In this document: positions 30,739-40,360 of the stretch, piece by piece
How positions within the stretch are numbered: the stretch's first letter is position 1
Layout of the letters: every line of letters begins with the position of its first letter
Source of the DNA: Clostridia bacterium
Lineage (GTDB): Bacteria; Bacillota; Clostridia; Christensenellales; UBA1242
Reading direction: 5' to 3'
NCBI GenBank assembly: GCA_045538455.1
Contig: JAZSRL010000010.1
Coordinates: forward strand, 29,244 to 93,243
Length of the DNA: 64,000 nt
The notes under the pieces: generated by a model
Seen by the model: the letters and a program-made list of their open reading frames with translations, nothing else
What the model was told of the DNA's origin: nothing
Database searches by the model: none
Position numbers and translations under genes: made by a program

Positions 30739-31755
30739 ATGATAGAGGATATTGATGCTATTTTAAAAGAATTGGAACAAATTCAAAACGAAGCCGAATT
30801 GTCAGAGTTCCATAAGAATTATCTTTCCAAAACGGGTAAATTAACTATGTTAATGGCTGGTTTAAAGGATTTGTTGCCGGAACAGCGCGCGGAAGCTGGA
30901 AAGCGATTTAATGAATTAAAACGCGCAGTTGAAGTGCAGTTTTTTCAAAAACAAGCGATTCTACGCGCTCGAGCGGTTAATGAAAAATTAAAAAATGACC
31001 CCTTAATTGATATTACAGTGCCGGAAATTAAAAAAATGGAAGGTAGTTTGCATCCGATTACGCATTTAACGCGTCGTATTGCGGAAATTTGCAGTTCGAT
31101 GGGTTTCATTGTTGTTGATGGAAATGAGGTTGTGACTGAATTCGAAAATTTCGATGCGGTAAACATTCCGTTTGATCATCCAGCACGCGATATGCAAGAT
31201 ACATTTTGGCTAACGAATGGTAAATTATTGAAGACACAGACTTCGGCCATGCAAAATGAAATTTTGAAAAAATATGGGCCCGTTGTATCGGCAATTTTTC
31301 CTGGTCGTTGTTATCGTAACGAAGCAACAGACGCTAGCCATGAATTTTCATTTTTCCAATGTGAAGGCATGATGGTGGGGAAGGATATATCAATCGCTAA
31401 TTTGATTTATGTTATGAAAACACTTTTGACCGAAGTTTATGGTCGTGAAATTGAAGTCCGTTTGCGCCCCGGTTTTTTCCCATTTGTTGAACCTGGTTTT
31501 GAGTTAGATGCTAGCTGCCCGTTCTGTCATGGAAATGGTTGTAGCGTTTGTAAACATTCGGGGTGGATTGAATTTGGGGGATGCGGTATGATTCATTCGA
31601 ATGTTTTAAGCAAGGCAGATATTGATCCGAATGAATACCAAGGTTTTGCTTTTGGTTTTGGTTTAACGCGTATGGCAATGACACAGTATGCCGTAAATGA
31701 TGTCCGTTTGTTTAATTCGGGGAATTTAGAATTTTTGAGAGGGATAAAACGATGA
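30739..31755 (+). CDS. pheS: Phenylalanine-tRNA ligase alpha subunit
   Basis: Motifs HPARDMQDTF, GRCYRNE, FPFVEP, GFAFGFG. Confidence 0.97.
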   Translation: MIEDIDAILKELEQIQNEAELSEFHKNYLSKTGKLTMLMAGLKDLLPEQRAEAGKRFNELKRAVEVQFFQKQAILRARAVNEKLKNDPLIDITVPEIKKMEGSLHPITHLTRRIAEICSSMGFIVVDGNEVVTEFENFDAVNIPFDHPARDMQDTFWLTNGKLLKTQTSAMQNEILKKYGPVVSAIFPGRCYRNEATDASHEFSFFQCEGMMVGKDISIANLIYVMKTLLTEVYGREIEVRLRPGFFPFVEPGFELDASCPFCHGNGCSVCKHSGWIEFGGCGMIHSNVLSKADIDPNEYQGFAFGFGLTRMAMTQYAVNDVRLFNSGNLEFLRGIKR

Positions 31756-34058
31756 AAATTTCTGTTGATTGGTTAAAAGAATATGTGGATTTGCAGGGGG
31801 TTACTGCGCAAGAAATTGCCGATAAATTGACGCAAATTACTTGTGAAGTTGAAGAAGTTGTTTCTGTCGGTCGTGGATTGGAAACTGTTTTGGTGGGCAA
31901 AATTTTAACTTGTGAAGCCCATCCGCAAAGTGATCATTTGCATTTGTTAACTGTTGATATTGGTCAAAAAGAACCTTTGAAAATTGTTTGCGGTGCGCCT
32001 AATGCAAGGGCCGGAATTGTTGTTGCGGTGGCAACGGTGGGAACAGTTATGCCAAATGGTATGGAAATTGTGCCCGCGAAAATTCGTGGTGCGGAAAGCT
32101 TTGGTATGTGTTGTTCTTATGCGGAATTAGGTTATAAAGCGGAAGATGAAGGTATTATTGAGTTACCGGAAAATACAAAATTAGGGACACCGATTACTGA
32201 AGTTTTGGTTGGTTTGCAGGATGATATTATTGATATTGACAATAAAAGTATTACTAATCGACCAGATTTATGGGGACATTACGGAATTGCGCGTGAGTTA
32301 AGTGTGATTTTTGATCGTGTATTAAAACCGATAGATGTGGCCATTGTTCACGAATATGACAATTTGGAAACTTTGCCAATTAAAATTGAAAACCAAAATT
32401 GTATTTCTTATGGTGCCATAAAAGTTGCTAATTTGGGTGGGGTAGTTTCGCCAGATGTTATGCAAAATCGCTTATATAAATTAGGGCACAATAGTCATGG
32501 CTTCTTGGTTGATTTAACTAATTATGTGATGTTTGCTTTTGGTAATCCTTTGCATGCTTTTGACGCGGGAAAAGTTGGAAAAATTAGTATTGGTACAGTA
32601 GAGGAAGGTACACAATTTACTACTTTAAAAGATAACGAAATTGTTGCAACGAAAGATATGTTGTTTATTAAAAGCAATGGTCAACCGGTGGCATTGGCTG
32701 GTGTAATGGGTGGTAAGAATAGTGAAATAACGAATGAAACCACTGACATGATTTTGGAGGTAGCGACATTCAATGCGTCAAATATTCGTCGCACATCGGT
32801 TGCTGTTGGTATTCGTAGTGATGCAAGCATGCGTTACGAAAAGTCATTGGATCCCGAATTGAATTGGTTAGCTGTGGCAGAAGTTTTGCGTTTAGTGCGT
32901 CAATATGCACCGCAAGCGCAAGTAAAGTCTGCTTTTACTCGTGTGGTAAGTAAGGCCGCAGAACAGAAAGTTCGTGAAATTACAGTAACGAAAAAAATGC
33001 TAAGCAGCTATACAGGGGTTGATTTTAGTCAATTAGATGAATTGGTGTCAAAGAAATTAACTGCTTTGGGATTTGCCCCGAGAATGGATACTGATAAAAT
33101 AATTGTAACTGTACCTTCGTGGCGTAGTTGGAAGGATGTGACAACGCCTGCTGATGTGGTGGAAGAAATTATTCGTAATTATGGTTATCAAAATATTCAA
33201 CCAATCGCTCCTAAGGTGAATATAGCGCCTGTGCCAATTATGAAAATATTGAAGGTGCAAAATGAATTAAAAGACTTGTTGGCTTGGAAATACGCCTTTA
33301 GTGAAGTACATACGAATATTTGGTATGATACCAAAGCTTTGAAACAACTTAAGATTACGGCTGCTTCGTATGCAACTGTGGCAAATCCATTTAACAAAGA
33401 AGATAATCAAATTCGCAGTACAATGCTACCAAGTATGTTGACTGTTGCCGCAAATAATAAAACGCAATCAAATGTGCGTGTATTTGAAATTGGCCGTGTC
33501 ATTAATCAAGACGGTAGTGAAACAGTGAATTTGGCAGGTGTAGCAGTTGGTATGAATTACAAGGTTGCTAGTGAGATGGTAAGTGATTTGTTTAATCACT
33601 TAGGTACACCAATTGAATACAAATTGCAAGGTAATGATTGGGCTATATGGCACCCAAAAAACCAAGCACAAATTATCTGTAGTGGTAAAGTAGTTGGTTC
33701 GATTGGAATTATTCATCCACAAGTGATGGTGGACGCGATTGGCTTTGAAGTTAATTTGAGTGCGATTGATTTTGAAAAAGTGGAATCATCGGTAGCTCCA
33801 GTGTTGTCAAAATTTCCAAAAACAGAGCTTGATTTTACATTTGTTTGGGACGGGGTTTTTGCTGATTTGGATGCAATTTGGTGTAAGTTTCATCATCCGC
33901 TAGTGACGAGGTATTGTTTGTCTGGTGTATATGAAAATAAGTTTACTTTGACATTTACTGTTTCTAGTACGGAGAAAACACTTGATAAAGCGGAAATTAA
34001 CAAAATTCATCAAGAAATTCTTGACTTTGCAGCGCGAAATAGTGTACATCTAGGATAG
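31752..34058 (+). CDS. pheT: Phenylalanine-tRNA ligase beta subunit
   Basis: Motifs IVCGAPN, NRPDLWGHYGIARE, PLHAFD, SDASMRYEK; ATGA overlap with pheS. Confidence 0.95.
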   Translation: MKISVDWLKEYVDLQGVTAQEIADKLTQITCEVEEVVSVGRGLETVLVGKILTCEAHPQSDHLHLLTVDIGQKEPLKIVCGAPNARAGIVVAVATVGTVMPNGMEIVPAKIRGAESFGMCCSYAELGYKAEDEGIIELPENTKLGTPITEVLVGLQDDIIDIDNKSITNRPDLWGHYGIARELSVIFDRVLKPIDVAIVHEYDNLETLPIKIENQNCISYGAIKVANLGGVVSPDVMQNRLYKLGHNSHGFLVDLTNYVMFAFGNPLHAFDAGKVGKISIGTVEEGTQFTTLKDNEIVATKDMLFIKSNGQPVALAGVMGGKNSEITNETTDMILEVATFNASNIRRTSVAVGIRSDASMRYEKSLDPELNWLAVAEVLRLVRQYAPQAQVKSAFTRVVSKAAEQKVREITVTKKMLSSYTGVDFSQLDELVSKKLTALGFAPRMDTDKIIVTVPSWRSWKDVTTPADVVEEIIRNYGYQNIQPIAPKVNIAPVPIMKILKVQNELKDLLAWKYAFSEVHTNIWYDTKALKQLKITAASYATVANPFNKEDNQIRSTMLPSMLTVAANNKTQSNVRVFEIGRVINQDGSETVNLAGVAVGMNYKVASEMVSDLFNHLGTPIEYKLQGNDWAIWHPKNQAQIICSGKVVGSIGIIHPQVMVDAIGFEVNLSAIDFEKVESSVAPVLSKFPKTELDFTFVWDGVFADLDAIWCKFHHPLVTRYCLSGVYENKFTLTFTVSSTEKTLDKAEINKIHQEILDFAARNSVHLG

Positions 34059-35101
34059 TGAACGAGAACATATTTTACATTGACGCTAAAACGAAAATTG
34101 TTGATTTCTTAACAACAGAGTTTTCGGGCACTTTTCCTTTGAAACTGCAAAATCGTTTTTTAAATTTCTTTCCGCAAATTGCAAATTATGAAGAAGAAGG
34201 GCACAAATACAAACCAGCAATCTTCTTTACGAATAACATTGATGCAGTAGTTAAAAATGTTCCAAATGCAACGAAAATTGTTTTGTTTAATGATGACAAT
34301 GAAAATATGTTTGCATCGCGTTTGAAGAGCTTGGTGCCATTTTGTAATCATAATTGGTGTGTTTATATTTCGATATCCGAAGAAAATATTGAATATGGTA
34401 TTTTCCGTATTATCAATAGTATTAAAGACGAAAGTTTGGAAACCGTACTATTTAAATCGGAAGTTTTACAAGAAAAGAGTAATAAATTGTTTGGAATCTA
34501 TGTCTATGCGGAAAATACATGGACAATCACTATGCGTAGTTTTAAAGGCCGTGTGGTAAATGTAAACTTTGCCTTGGATATTAGGGTGGTTAATAACTGG
34601 GAAGAAGAAATTAAAGAATTTGTTGATGCAAGTTTTTCGAAATTGCGTACCAGTGCGAAAAAGTTACAAGAAATTAAAAATATGTATCGTAATATATTCC
34701 GTAATGTATCGCGTTCGGTTGATGGCACGATTTGTGTTGTTGTTGATTCGGAATACGAACCCGATGCTTTCTTTGAAGATGGTATATGGTTGACGGAGCC
34801 GATTAGCTTTTCAAAATTATTTGCACAAACCAATCAATATAATGAGCAAAAACTAGCAACGATTTCTAATGTGTTTGTAACAATGCTAAACTTCGATGGG
34901 ATTACTGTTGTGGATAACAAAGGTCAAATCCGCGCTTATAATGTCTTTATTGAAACAAACATGAAAGTAGCGGGGAATATTATTGGTGGTGCGCGCAAGC
35001 GTGCGGCATATACAATTATTAACAGTAAGCGTCCGCACATTATTGGTGTTTATTTCCAAAGCCATGAAGGTGAAATTTTCTATTCGCCGGTTAAAAAATA
35101 A
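34058..35101 (+). CDS. Divergent soluble DAC/DisA_N-like (diadenylate cyclase-fold) protein with an uncharacterised N-terminal domain
   Basis: C-terminal FDGITVVD..G.I, GGARKRAA and QSHEG resemble the DAC DGA / G.RHRAA / SE.G motifs. No TM helix. Confidence 0.6.
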   Translation: MNENIFYIDAKTKIVDFLTTEFSGTFPLKLQNRFLNFFPQIANYEEEGHKYKPAIFFTNNIDAVVKNVPNATKIVLFNDDNENMFASRLKSLVPFCNHNWCVYISISEENIEYGIFRIINSIKDESLETVLFKSEVLQEKSNKLFGIYVYAENTWTITMRSFKGRVVNVNFALDIRVVNNWEEEIKEFVDASFSKLRTSAKKLQEIKNMYRNIFRNVSRSVDGTICVVVDSEYEPDAFFEDGIWLTEPISFSKLFAQTNQYNEQKLATISNVFVTMLNFDGITVVDNKGQIRAYNVFIETNMKVAGNIIGGARKRAAYTIINSKRPHIIGVYFQSHEGEIFYSPVKK

Positions 35102-36576
35102 TCGATAATTTGGGTTAGTTTGGGTGTGATGTGTGGTAAATGTTTTCTTGTAATGGGGTGATTTAATTTGTCGTCACCAAGCTCAATAGTGAACGAAGGT
35201 ATTTTGAGACACAAGGCGAGGTAGTCTGTTAATCCGCCAAAAGAGCCTACAGATAGTATGGCTGGAAATTCGGTCTTGTGAGAAAGTGCGGTGGCGATAA
35301 TTTCGTCTTCTTGACGACTGTAATAAATAAGGTTGCCTTTGCTGTGTAGGGCTAAGCTAACAGTGGGTTGAAATTTTTTGATAAAGCGTAGTAGGGCACG
35401 GTTTTCGGGTTCGCTGTGGGGCTTGGGGCCGATGTAGTTGGCAGGCGCGGGGGTTGTGATGTTGGCTTTGCCTTGTCCCCAACCCACATCAAAGTTGACA
35501 TTTAAGTCTACAGCGCGGATATTAGCTTTCCATAAACTAAAATCGGTAGATTGATTGATGCGATTCAGAAATTTCCGGCGGTGGTGTGGTAAATGCTGGT
35601 TGCCGCGGGTGGCAAGTGTGGTTCCGTCGGGGTTGCAATAAGGAATTGCTGTGATGCACCAATTATTGGGGGTGGTTTTATGATTTTGGAGCCATTTTTG
35701 TAATGCTAGCGATGTAATCCATTCGCGTGCATGCATGCCGGCCGTGATTAGAAGGCGGTTTTTGGCATTTGGGTTCCCCATTTGATATGCAATAATGGGA
35801 TGTTTTAGTACTGAGTATCCAAGAATTTGGCTGTCAAGTAAATGGGCGATATCAGTGTAATTTTGAACACCGGCAGGCAAGTTTTCTGTGCCGAAAAAGT
35901 CACTCCCAAAGTGTAGAGGTGTGGCGGAGAAGTGTCGTTGATAATAAATAATATGGTTTATTATGTCATAACAACCACAATATATAGTATTATGCGTTAA
36001 AAACTGAGGAACTAGCGCTAAACCCATAAAACCACCCGATTGAATAATTGTGCGAATTTGGCGGTTGGTTAAATTGCGTGGGTGTCGGCAAACTGCATTT
36101 ATAGCGGTATGTGTACAAATTATGGGGCGTTTAGTTACGCGCGTAAATTGCCAGAAACTGCGGCGATTAAGATGAGCTGTGTCAATTTGAATATCAGCAT
36201 TTTCCAGATATTCAATAATTTGGTACCCTAACGAGGTAATGCCGGCGCGACTATGGGCTCCGCCAGCTAATTCATTGGCGTGATTCCAAGTTAGTCCGAC
36301 ACTGTGTGGGTGTAAAGCTACCAAGTGCTCAATGTTTTCCATAGTTAAAAACCAGGCGTCTTCAATATGCAGGCGGCAAAGCGGATATCTGGGGTTGTTG
36401 CGGATTTTATCTAGAATTGCTTTTTTTGCGGCAATTACCGCTAATGGGTCGTCGAGTTCGGTGGTCCACACGGAAAGCCAGACTTCGTCAACACCTTGCT
36501 TTTTAATTTGTCGTAAGTAAGGTAACAGTTTTTTGGGTGGTAATTCCAAAAGAGCGTCATTGTGTAAATCAATCAT
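35080..36576 (-). CDS. Fusion of an M19 membrane-dipeptidase-like domain and an M14 zinc peptidase (gamma-D-Glu-mDAP peptidase-like)
   Basis: N-terminal half: DLHND, LTWN..N.LAGG, IDTAH, THT, RNLT, GSDF. C-terminal half: HAREW, NPDG, WKAN..AVDLN.NF, SEPE, LHSKG, TIELG. Confidence 0.85.
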   Translation of the reverse strand: MIDLHNDALLELPPKKLLPYLRQIKKQGVDEVWLSVWTTELDDPLAVIAAKKAILDKIRNNPRYPLCRLHIEDAWFLTMENIEHLVALHPHSVGLTWNHANELAGGAHSRAGITSLGYQIIEYLENADIQIDTAHLNRRSFWQFTRVTKRPIICTHTAINAVCRHPRNLTNRQIRTIIQSGGFMGLALVPQFLTHNTIYCGCYDIINHIIYYQRHFSATPLHFGSDFFGTENLPAGVQNYTDIAHLLDSQILGYSVLKHPIIAYQMGNPNAKNRLLITAGMHAREWITSLALQKWLQNHKTTPNNWCITAIPYCNPDGTTLATRGNQHLPHHRRKFLNRINQSTDFSLWKANIRAVDLNVNFDVGWGQGKANITTPAPANYIGPKPHSEPENRALLRFIKKFQPTVSLALHSKGNLIYYSRQEDEIIATALSHKTEFPAILSVGSFGGLTDYLALCLKIPSFTIELGDDKLNHPITRKHLPHITPKLTQIIDYFLTGE

Positions 36577-36655
36577 TACTATGTTTATGCAGTGTTTGAT
36601 TGCAAATTTGTATCAATTTGTGCTATAATATAGTAGGACAGTTTTGTCAATTCGT

Positions 36656-37022
36656 GGGGGCGATTGGCTTCGACGGTTGGCGGGCGGTTCGTTAAGCATA
36701 CCGGCGGGGTAACCATACGATAGTTGGTTACAAAAGTCTAAATGCAGACAATAAAGCATCTTCTTTTGCTTTAGCTGCTTAATGCGCTAAATCGCAAAGG
36801 CGGACGACGCGTTTTCACTCTTTACAATGGTCGTCGGCAAACAAAGGGTCAACGGTTTACCACAACCATGGCATGACGGTGGTGGTACGCGGCTTTGAAA
36901 GTCGGCCTTGGTCGCCGCAACCTGTCGTTAGGTTAGCGGCCAATCTTAAATAACGACTGTGTATGGAGAAGTACGAACAAGATTCCAATCGGACCCGGGT
37001 TCAATCCCCGGCGTCTCCACCA
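36656..37022 (+). ncRNA. ssrA: tmRNA; tag peptide (A)ADNKASSFALAA
   Basis: 5' GGGGGCG pairs with 3' CGTCTCC-ACCA with a G3-U wobble; T-arm ccggg-ttcaatc-cccgg; tag ORF 36744-36782 ends ALAA-stop; extended -10 tgcTATAAT upstream. Confidence 0.97.
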
Positions 37023-37025
37023 TTT

Positions 37026-37056
37026 AAAAAAAAGACCGCGGTGGTGCGGTCTTTTT
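37026..37056 (+). terminator. ssrA terminator
   Basis: aaaagaccgc-ggtggt-gcggtctttt hairpin plus T-tract. Confidence 0.85.
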
Positions 37057-37096
37057 CTTTGTTATTTATGTTTATAATGTGTTATTCTCAATTTAG

Positions 37097-38170
37097 ATGT
37101 TTGAATTAACAAATGATCAAAGAAAATGTTTTGCACTTGTGCCGATTAACGAAAAGTGGGAATGTGTGGAAGCAAAGCTAAGTCCATATGATGATTTTAA
37201 AACCTATGTTTTTATACAAGAGAATACAATTGTAAAATGCGTTCTGTCGGGAGATAATTATTATTCCGAGTATGAAATGAATGAACAGGTTAGTCCTGAC
37301 CGTAAGTTTTTGTTGCCAAAAACTGCAAAGGGTAAACCTGTTTTATTGTCATCGGCTAATATTTTAAAGCGTAAAGGTCTTGGAATGTGTTTAACTTATA
37401 AGCAAAAACATATTGGAATTTTTAATTTAAACACTGAATGTTATTATTTTTCAAATGAATACTTGGAAGATGAAATTTGTAGTATCAGTGATTTTTCTGA
37501 TTGGGTTAAAAAGTGGTGCATCGAAACAACCGATGCGGATATGTTGGATGTGCTGCATTTTTCTCAACAAAAGCGTAAACATGTTAAGTTTTGTGATGGT
37601 GATGTCTTTCGGTTTAAAATTGGGCGTCGATTGTATGGGTACGGAAGAATTATTCTTGATTTTGTTAAGATGAGCAAACAAAAAGAACCGTTTTGGAATA
37701 TTTTGATGTGCAGACCTTTGATTTGTAGTGTGTATCATATCGTTACGGAACGCGCAGATGTTTCTATTGATGAAATCAAAAACTTAAAATCACTTCCTTC
37801 CACAGTAATCGCCGATAATTCAATCTACTATGGTGAATACGAAATTATTGGGAATATACCAGTTTCCAGCGATGAAGATTATCCCGTCATGTACGGCAAA
37901 AGTATTTGTATGGGGGATAATGCGGTTTGTTATCAGTGCGGAAAAGTTTATCGTAGAATTGAAAATGGTAATGAGTTATATGCAGGTTTTAGAAACAATG
38001 CAACTCATTTTGAGTTAAATTTTAACTTGCCGATTCTTAAACAATGTATAATTGATGGTTCAAATCAGGCTTATTGGGAAAATTATCATAGTCGTTTTGT
38101 AGAAAAAGATTTGCGGAATCCTAAACATATAAAAAAATTGCAAGAAATAAAGATGCAGTTTCAATTATAA
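37097..38170 (+). CDS. Immunity protein Imm26-like domain protein
   Basis: GDVFRFKIGRRLYGYGRII and G.YEIIGNIP resemble Imm26-family motifs (recognised from memory, not searched). Confidence 0.6.
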   Translation: MFELTNDQRKCFALVPINEKWECVEAKLSPYDDFKTYVFIQENTIVKCVLSGDNYYSEYEMNEQVSPDRKFLLPKTAKGKPVLLSSANILKRKGLGMCLTYKQKHIGIFNLNTECYYFSNEYLEDEICSISDFSDWVKKWCIETTDADMLDVLHFSQQKRKHVKFCDGDVFRFKIGRRLYGYGRIILDFVKMSKQKEPFWNILMCRPLICSVYHIVTERADVSIDEIKNLKSLPSTVIADNSIYYGEYEIIGNIPVSSDEDYPVMYGKSICMGDNAVCYQCGKVYRRIENGNELYAGFRNNATHFELNFNLPILKQCIIDGSNQAYWENYHSRFVEKDLRNPKHIKKLQEIKMQFQL

Positions 38171-38222
38171 ATTTAAGTACATAACTTTGGATAAAAATGC
38201 AAAAAAGACAAAGAATAAAGTT

Positions 38223-38729
38223 ATGGCTAATATTAAAGATAAAAATTTAAAAGAAGAAAAAAACAAGCAAATAGAAGAACAAGAGACCGCACTGTGTACC
38301 GATTGTGTGGATTGTGATTGTGGCAGCGGATACGATACCGGTTTTTTGTACCCGTTTTGGAGTGATTTATTTTGGGAAAGACCTTTGCGTCGCGAAATGG
38401 GGAATTTACAAAATTTGATGAGAACTGATATTGAAGAAACGCCAAATGGCTATGAATTTAAAGTCGAAGTACCGGGTACGGAACGCAAAGATTTGAATAT
38501 CGGTTTTGAAAGTGGCTATTTAACCATTGCGGTGAATAAAATTGGTAGTGGGGCGCAAAGTCAAAACAAATATCTCCGTCGTGAAAGGGTGGCAAGTGCT
38601 TCATCGCGGAGTTTTTATGTAGGGGATATTGACCAAACGCAAATTAAAGCGATTTTGCAAGATGGAATTTTGACGGTAACGGTACCGAAAGAAATTAAAA
38701 GTCAACGGCATCAAATCGAAATCAAATAA
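38223..38729 (+). CDS. Hsp20/alpha-crystallin small heat-shock protein
   Basis: Motifs MRTDIEE, EVPG, YLRRER, RSFYVG, DGILTVTVPK. ATG 38223 preferred over TTG 38187. Confidence 0.92.
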   Translation: MANIKDKNLKEEKNKQIEEQETALCTDCVDCDCGSGYDTGFLYPFWSDLFWERPLRREMGNLQNLMRTDIEETPNGYEFKVEVPGTERKDLNIGFESGYLTIAVNKIGSGAQSQNKYLRRERVASASSRSFYVGDIDQTQIKAILQDGILTVTVPKEIKSQRHQIEIK

Positions 38730-38736
38730 AAACAAT

Positions 38737-38767
38737 AAAAAAAGCCTGTCATTTTGGCAGGTTTTTT
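38737..38767. terminator. Bidirectional terminator between hsp20 and the tRNA
   Basis: A-tract, gcctgtca-ttt-tggcaggt hairpin, T-tract. Confidence 0.75.
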
Positions 38768-38770
38768 GTT

Positions 38771-38847
38771 TGGTGGGAGTTCACGGACTTGAACCGCGGA
38801 CCGACCGGTTATGAGCCGGTTGCTCTAACCAACTGAGCTAAACTCCC
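38771..38847 (-). tRNA. tRNA with CAT anticodon, most likely tRNA-Ile2 (lysidine-modified)
   Basis: Reverse complement is GGGAGTTTAGCTCAGTTGGTTAGAGCAACCGGCTCATAACCGG...TTCAAG...ACTCCCACCA; resembles Firmicute Ile2 and lacks initiator features. Confidence 0.9.
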
Positions 38848-38937
38848 GTAATGTAAATGTAACAACAATATAGATGATTGTCAAATAATTTGCTTTTGAC
38901 AAATACTTTTTTATAGTATATAATAATTTTTGTAATT

Positions 38938-39024
38938 GGCCGGGTGGTGAAATTGGCAGACGTGTCGGACTCAAAATCCGATATCGGCAACGATGTGTGG
39001 GTTCAAGTCCCACCCCGGCCACCA
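38938..39024 (+). tRNA. tRNA-Leu(CAA)
   Basis: GGCCGGG/CCCGGCC acceptor stem, anticodon arm TCGGA-CTCAAAA-TCCGA, long variable arm, encoded CCA. Confidence 0.95.
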
Positions 39025-39027
39025 CAT

Positions 39028-39055
39028 AAAAGCGGGAATTTATCCCGCTTTTTTT
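39028..39055 (+). terminator. Terminator after tRNA-Leu
   Basis: aaaagcggga-attta-tcccgctttt hairpin plus T-tract. Confidence 0.85.
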
Positions 39056-39089
39056 GTATAAATGTGGTTTTATTGGTAATAATCGAAGC

Positions 39090-40346
39090 ATGAACCCATT
39101 AGAAATTAAAACTAAACAAATAGAAGATTACTTCATGAGTTTTCAAAAGATGTATCCAAAAGCTTATGATAAAAAAACAACAAATCCATACACTAAAACG
39201 CGTGTCATTTTGATGAATGGGACAGAATACGAAAGTGTTTGGTTTTTACACCAATTTGCGCGCCATTGTGATGTGCAAGAAATCAAAGAAGCTTTATCGC
39301 TGGTGCGTAGTCAAGAACAGCAACAACAAAAAATGATCGCTTGTTTAAAACCATTGGATGAAAGTATTTTGGAAACCACCTTGGCTTATGAGCAATTGGC
39401 AATTGATTTAACTGCGGTTTTGGCGCAAACCGATGTCAATAAAAACAACATTGAAGCATTAGATTTTGCTTTGTTAGAAGATTTTGACCACTTATATCGT
39501 TTTAGCAATTTAATGATGTTAGATATGCCAAAAGCTGATCCAGCTGATTTAGTAGGTAAGTTTACCGAAATTATGCCGGGGCGTCCGACCTTGGCGCATC
39601 ATCGTTTTCCAAAAGATAATTTACGCAAAGCCATGAATGCGGATAAAAGTGACCTTTATTCTAAGTTAGTGGCAGGAATTATTACAGCGGCGGAACAACA
39701 AACCATGAATTACTACATGAATATCGCGCAATGGTATAAAAACGATTTGGGTCGCCAATTATATTCCGAAATTGGTATGGTTGAAGAAGAACATGTAACT
39801 CAGTATGAAAGTTTGAAAGATCCAACTTGTACTTGGTTAGAGCAGTGGGTGTTACATGAATATACCGAAGCTTATTTGTACTACAGTATGGCGGAACAAG
39901 AAGTGGTGCCACATATTAAACAAATCTGGGAACATTTCTTTGAAATGGAGTGTGCGCATTTGCAATTAGCATGTCAAATGTTGGAAAAATATGAAAAAAC
40001 TGCTCCTAATAAAGTCATTGGGAAGGGTGAATTTCCGCAACTATTGCAGCTGGGAACTAATAAAGATTATGTGCGTGATGTTTTGGAGCGTACTGTTATG
40101 TTAACCAGTAATCGTCAACGCTATGTTGATGTGATGAATTTACCGGCCAATGCAGACTTTTTCCAATATCAAGAAAAAGTAATTGCTGATGTTAATTCGA
40201 CACCAAGTCATGCTGTTGTGGCGGAAGCGATTGCAAAAACAGGACAGGATTATCGTTACCAAGATAAAGCTCATCCGATTAAAGAGTTGCAAAATCGCAA
40301 GAAAGATAATACTGAATTGGCGCGCAGTCGCACCGAAGTGAAATAA
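39090..40346 (+). CDS. Ferritin-like (tandem di-metal four-helix) hypothetical protein
   Basis: ExxH motifs (EDFDH, EEEH, ECAH) in a helical protein. ATG 39090 preferred over TTG 39054. Confidence 0.65.
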   Translation: MNPLEIKTKQIEDYFMSFQKMYPKAYDKKTTNPYTKTRVILMNGTEYESVWFLHQFARHCDVQEIKEALSLVRSQEQQQQKMIACLKPLDESILETTLAYEQLAIDLTAVLAQTDVNKNNIEALDFALLEDFDHLYRFSNLMMLDMPKADPADLVGKFTEIMPGRPTLAHHRFPKDNLRKAMNADKSDLYSKLVAGIITAAEQQTMNYYMNIAQWYKNDLGRQLYSEIGMVEEEHVTQYESLKDPTCTWLEQWVLHEYTEAYLYYSMAEQEVVPHIKQIWEHFFEMECAHLQLACQMLEKYEKTAPNKVIGKGEFPQLLQLGTNKDYVRDVLERTVMLTSNRQRYVDVMNLPANADFFQYQEKVIADVNSTPSHAVVAEAIAKTGQDYRYQDKAHPIKELQNRKKDNTELARSRTEVK

Positions 40347-40360
40347 GTTTGATAAAACAG

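Noticed and set aside
36577-36590. Sporulation-sigma promoter (CATAAACAT) for the peptidase fusion
   Set aside because: The match is imperfect and no supporting -35 box was identified; too weak in AT-rich DNA.
36990-38190. Prophage or integrative element at ssrA or at the tRNAs
   Set aside because: No integrase and no duplicated tmRNA/tRNA 3' end was found by eye.
38825-39091. 88-aa minus-strand ORF
   Set aside because: It is the antisense shadow of tRNA-Leu.
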